Part shown: positions 58,779 through 64,000 of the stretch, piece by piece
How the letters are laid out: the number at the start of each line of letters is the position of its first letter
Numbering within the stretch: the stretch's first letter is position 1
Source: Flaccisagitta enflata
Lineage: Eukaryota
DNA length: 64,000 bases
Assembly (NCBI GenBank): GCA_965153355.1
Contig: OZ231126.1
Coordinates: forward strand, 38,750,001 to 38,814,000
Direction of reading: 5' to 3'
Notes under the pieces: model-generated
What the model was told of the DNA's origin: nothing
Database searches by the model: none
What the model saw: only the letters and a program-made list of their open reading frames with translations
Translations under genes and position numbers: made by a program

Positions 58779-60380
58779 AACGAGTGAGGCGGGGTCACAA
58801 TATCGTTGCGGACGGGTTGGCAGGCAGCCAACCCCATCCACACCTATCGCCCCTTCCAACCTCCCTTCCAACACAGACACATACACAACTAGTCATCTAA
58901 GGATCGCACATGGTCAGCGGTACCCGATGCCCTGCTTGGAATGATCAAGTGAAGTAGTGGAGTGAGAGCAGGGCAGCGACCCCAACAGGCCAATGTTCTG
59001 TGGGATACAGGGGTGAATTTTGAGACGTCCCGAGGCGGATTTGAAGTCGGGATGGCAGTATTTAGTCCAAATGGGCAGATTTGAGGTTTGGGGGCAGGCT
59101 TGAGGCCTAGAGGACAAATTTGAGGCCTGAAGAGTTGATTTGAGGCTTGGAGGGCAGATTTGAGGTCTGGAGGGCTGATTTGAGGTCTTGAGGGCAGATA
59201 TGAGGTCTGGAGAGCTGATTTGAGCTGTTGAGGGCTAAATTGAGGTCTGAAAGGGCCAATTTGAAGGCTCAGAGGGCCAAAATCAGGCCTGAGACTGCAC
59301 TTGTGGCTCCGATGGCCAAGGGAGGAGGATGGAAGGACAGATGGACAGATGGACAGACGGACAGACAGACATCTCAAAATTCCAGGCCTGTATATTCTTG
59401 AGTTTTTCCCCCCCCCCCCACCGGGAAATCAAAGGGTCTGGAGATGGGGAAGAAAATCAATGGAGGAAAAAAGAGAAAACTAGTCATCCAAGGATCGCAC
59501 ATGGTCAGCGGTACCCGATGCCCTGCTGAGAGTGATCCAGTGAAGAAGTGGAGTGAGAGCAGGGCAGCGGCCCCAAAGGGCCAATGTCCTGTAGAACACA
59601 GGGGGGAATTTCCATACGTCCTGAGGAGGCACATTTCTGGCAATAGATGACTGATTCAGGCCAAAGAAGGCATATTTGAAGGCTGGAGGGCAGAATTGAG
59701 GCTTTGAGAGTGGATTTGAGGTTTGGAGGGCAAATTTGAGCCACAGAGGGCTGATTTGATGCTTGGAGGCCTAGTTGAAGGTCTGGAGGGCAGACCTGAG
59801 GTCTGTAGGTCAGATTTGAGGCGGGGGGGGGGGCTGATTTGAAGCCTAGAAGGCTGATTTGAGGCCTGGAGGGCTAAATTTAGGGCTGGGAGGGCAAATT
59901 TGAAGCCTTGATGGCCAACGGGGGGGGGGACGGACGGACGGACGGACGGACGGACGTATGGAAATTCCCCCCTGTGTTCTACAGGACATCGGCCCTTTGG
60001 GGCCGCTGCCCAAAAAGGAAATTTTGGGAAAATATAACTTTTTACAGTACCAAATCATAAAACTCAATTAGTAAAACACAATTTAACACTGTTTAAACCT
60101 TAACTACATAGTTTTATTGCTGTATGGGGAAGAAAATCATGGATATAAACACGCCAGCGACGTCGTGGGAAGAAATCAAAGGGAGCGGGGGGAAATCAAA
60201 AGCGACTCGAATATACACTGCAAAATTCTATGTTCACATGACATCAGCCCTAGCCGCTGCTCAAAAAGCTACCAAACGCTCGTTTTCCCACTTTTCGACT
60301 TGATCACCTCTACGGACCGACGGACCGACGGACCAACCGACGGACAAAGCCTCTTATAGAGTTGCGTGTCCGCAACTAAA
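58779..60380 (-). mobile_element. Nested cluster: family B element containing family A (58889-60265), containing hAT MITE (59383-60220), containing family A (59480-60016)
   Basis: hAT TSD CAAAATTC at 59375-59382 and 60221-60228; halves rejoin to match intact copies at 17228-17536 and 20963-21184. Confidence 0.85.
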
Positions 60381-62629
60381 GAGGATGGGCCGATCAGATG
60401 ACACAATTGAAAGGGTTTGAAACCATCCGGTTTAGTCACTTTTTGAGACGCACACACACACAAACAGACACTCACACACGCGGGGACTGGGCGCATGCAA
60501 ATCTCATCACCTTTGTCTTGAAAAGGAACAGGCTTAGTTTCAGTATCCATCCGTTTCAGATAAATTCGGAATACTAACTGTGCAGAAGATCACCTTTTTC
60601 GCGTCTGCTCTTCGATCTGGACATTCTCACCTCTGGTTTGAGCTTCCTTCTTATTTGACCTACAATTTTAGTCAGACGTCTTCAATTTTTTTCAAAATGT
60701 AAGAATTTCACTTTCAGTGTGCGTCTGTCTGTCTGTCTGTCTGTCCGTCTGTCTGTCGGTTTGACTGCCTTTTTTTGTATGTTTACCGCTGCACTATCCG
60801 TACCATTCAGGCCTGTATGTCTGAGAAAAAAGTAATCAGCCTTTCTCAAAGCTTTGTCTGCATTATTCATTTTGCTGGGATATTTCAGTGACGGACGAAT
60901 TAAACTGTGGTTTGTGAGTAAAATAATATTAAAATTTGATTCAGACTACATTGTAAAATGATATTTTCTTTTTTTTTTTGAAAGTCTTGCTCGTACTTGA
61001 TCAAAATTGTAGACTGGCAAATCAATCACAAAATATCTCTTTTTTCGCCCATTTGCTAGATCTGACTGCGGCTGTGTCGGTGATTGTGGTTGTGGCCGTG
61101 GCTGTTGCTGTTCTGTTTACCGGAAGCCAAATGTGGCTGACCGATTACCAGAGATTTTTCGGGGAATTCCTTTCTTCGGGAAATACCTTCAGGCTTCAAT
61201 ATCATCTACGGATTTTGATTGAAGCTTTTATTTCGTTCCAAATTTTCCTAAACTTCTTCTTGGGCTTTTCCGATTGAAATCCAGGTTCGAGTAATTAAAG
61301 CTAGGACAGAAGTGAATGCCTTCCGGTATTGTTCTAGATTTATATCAGCCGATTGAATCAGTTGTTTCATTCCGTTAATGCCTGCGGTAGGGCAAGGGCA
61401 ACCAGGAAAATAAAACCTGCGACTGGGCGGACGAGCAGAATTGACTAAAGTAATTGACGAAGTACTAACGCCTCGATCTCACTGCCAAGTAACAAACCAA
61501 CACTCGTACGCACATGAGTCAATTTGCGCGCGATTCATCATAACCTTGAAATTCCTCAGTAGATGCAAGATCCCCAACAGCAAAGCGTCCTTGGCGCAGA
61601 CCGCGAGAGCTTACCTGAAGTTTGAGAAGAGTATATCGCGTGCAAGGAATATCTCGGTTGTTGCAAATACGTTTATCGCACTCACAAAAGAAAAGAGAAA
61701 AATGACGAGGACGATCCGGATTTTTTCCTCTCATTTTGACAAGTCAAACGAGAAATTTTGACAAGTGTGATGATACTCATCAAACGAGAAATTCCCCGAT
61801 TTTGAACCCAATCCAAACACAGACGTTGAACAAAAAAAGATGCGTTCGCGCACGCGTAAACATTTCAGAGTTAATGTTCTGCGCGTGAATTTGTGCACGC
61901 GGATTGACAACATTTTTGGAATTCCTTTCTCGGCAGCGGCCCCGAAGGAGCCGATTACCTATGCTTTCACATATGCAGAAAATTCTTCTTCTTCTTTTCC
62001 GCACCCCCCCTATCTCGAGGCCAAAATCCCAACCTTTAGGCCCAAATTCCAGTCTTTAGGCTCAAAATTCAGCCTTAAGGCCCAAAATCCAGCCTCAAGG
62101 CCAATATCCCAGTTTCAAGGCCCAAATCCCAGCTTTGAGGCCTAAATCCTAGCCTTGGGGCCCAAATCTTAGCTGCGAAGCCTAAATCCTAGCCTCTAGG
62201 CCCAAATCCTAGTCTCCAGGCCCTAATCCCAGCCTTAAGGCGACGTCCCAATCTCAGCCTGAAGGCCCATATCCCAGCCTCAAGGCCCAAAACCCAGCCT
62301 CGAGGCCAAAAATTCAGCCCCAAAGCCAAAATTCGAGCCTCAATGCCAAAATTCAAGCCCCAAGGCCCAATCCGAGTCCCTATTCTATCCTTAAAGCTCA
62401 GATCCCAAGCTCAAGGCCATAAGTCTAGCCCTAAGGCCATATCTCAACCCCTAAACACAAACTTAACCATAAACAATAACACTTATTAAAGAAGCTTTGG
62501 TCATTGGCCCCAAAGGGACCACTGCACTGCCACTCTAACCACGTTACACTCACATACTCTTACATAGGGGCAATGGGTACCGCTGACCAGCCAACGATTT
62601 TGCGACTATTGGATATAAAGTATTATAGG

Positions 62630-62719
<90 letters not shown>

Positions 62720-63128
62720 GGTTGGGTTAACACAAAGATAGACTAAGTGACAGAAACAGGCAGACAGACAAAAAGCAATAGTCGAAAAATGCAAGTAGAT
62801 AGAACAGATTAAACATGGAATATGTGCCTTCCACGTGATTTCTAAAGAGGCGAAACCAACGCATAAACCCCCTCATAGAGATGATGCATCTGTAAACTCT
62901 TAGAAATAGATATGTTTGTACGAGGGGACTCGCAAACAGACTCTGGACATGAGACGATGTATTATTGCGATAATAGTCATAAAGAGTCGATCCATTAAGA
63001 AACCTGGAAGGGGTTTCAAAACGTGATCCATCTTTCTTGTTCCTTATCACTCAACTTATGCCGGTGGCGCACTTTTGTAGTCAAACAAAGGAGCATATGG
63101 ATGTAGATGGTCGTTTTTTTCTTTCTTC

Positions 63129-63206
<78 letters not shown>

Positions 63207-63487
63207 ACTATCTTTCTTTCTTTCTAGATCGTCCTTCTCCTTTCTTTCCAAACAACCAAAAAACGACAACGACGACTACAAGGACACAACGAAGTTCTGC
63301 TCTCGTCCTTGCTACATCGAGTTTTTTGCGGGTCTGTTGACATAGCTGATGTAAACGCAGCGATCTTAACATCATCAATTTTTGTCTATCATGTCGTTAT
63401 CTCTAGAGCGGTGCTTGTAGATGCCCATCATTCCAGTCCCTAGTTACCGTAATCGTTTTAAAACATATCATCATCATCATCATCATC

Positions 63488-63519
<32 letters not shown>

Positions 63520-63520
63520 T

Positions 63521-63555
<35 letters not shown>

Positions 63556-63582
63556 TATCTCATCATCATTCACTATAATCAT

Positions 63583-63627
<45 letters not shown>

Positions 63628-63655
63628 TCACCAACATTATCATCATTCACCAACG

Positions 63656-63700
<45 letters not shown>

Positions 63701-64000
63701 ACATCATCATCATCATCATCATCATCATCGTCATCGTCATCATCATCATCATTACCATCATCATCATAACTTCATCTAGCATCTATCATGATATATATCA
63801 TAATATCATAATAATGACAAAATGTGCGTAAATGTCGTCATTACTGTCATCATAACCGTTGACATCGTTCTTCTCACGATGAACCTTAAAAGTCTTTATC
63901 ATTGACATTTGTCTCTAATTTGTAGCTAAGCTACGGGGCCGCTTATGTCTTTATCTTTGTCTGTCTCTATGTTGTCTGTCTGTCTGTCTCTCTCTCTCTC

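Noticed and set aside
62727..63050. 107-aa minus ORF and an alternative frame FLMDRLFMTIIAII resembling an ion-channel TM4
   Set aside because: Resemblance too short and no supporting neighbouring exons

Overview
Repeat-rich animal (invertebrate-type) nuclear DNA. The one well-supported gene is largely missed by the ORF track. It is a minus-strand, 10-exon class A peptide-type GPCR (FMRFamide-receptor-like) that I rebuilt exon by exon from GT-AG sites with consistent phases (ATG 29694 to stop 2485, about 448 aa, seven TM segments; the last exon is uncertain). Its two long introns (7.8 and 12.7 kb) and the 34 kb upstream are filled with non-autonomous DNA transposons. These include two Helentron/DINE-1-like (HINE) families with GTCC microsatellites and expanding central tandem repeats, hAT MITEs with 8-bp TSDs, Tc1/mariner MITEs with TA TSDs, foldback palindromes, and a 6.7-kb TIR-bounded element carrying telomere-variant (TTAGGG-TTGAGG-TTAGGT) and G-rich arrays. 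Several insertions are nested three to four deep, with empty-site copies in the same window. Almost all long ORFs in the track are repeat translations. I found no autonomous transposase, RNA gene or CRISPR array. Weak exon candidates of an unidentified second gene lie at about 56-62 kb.
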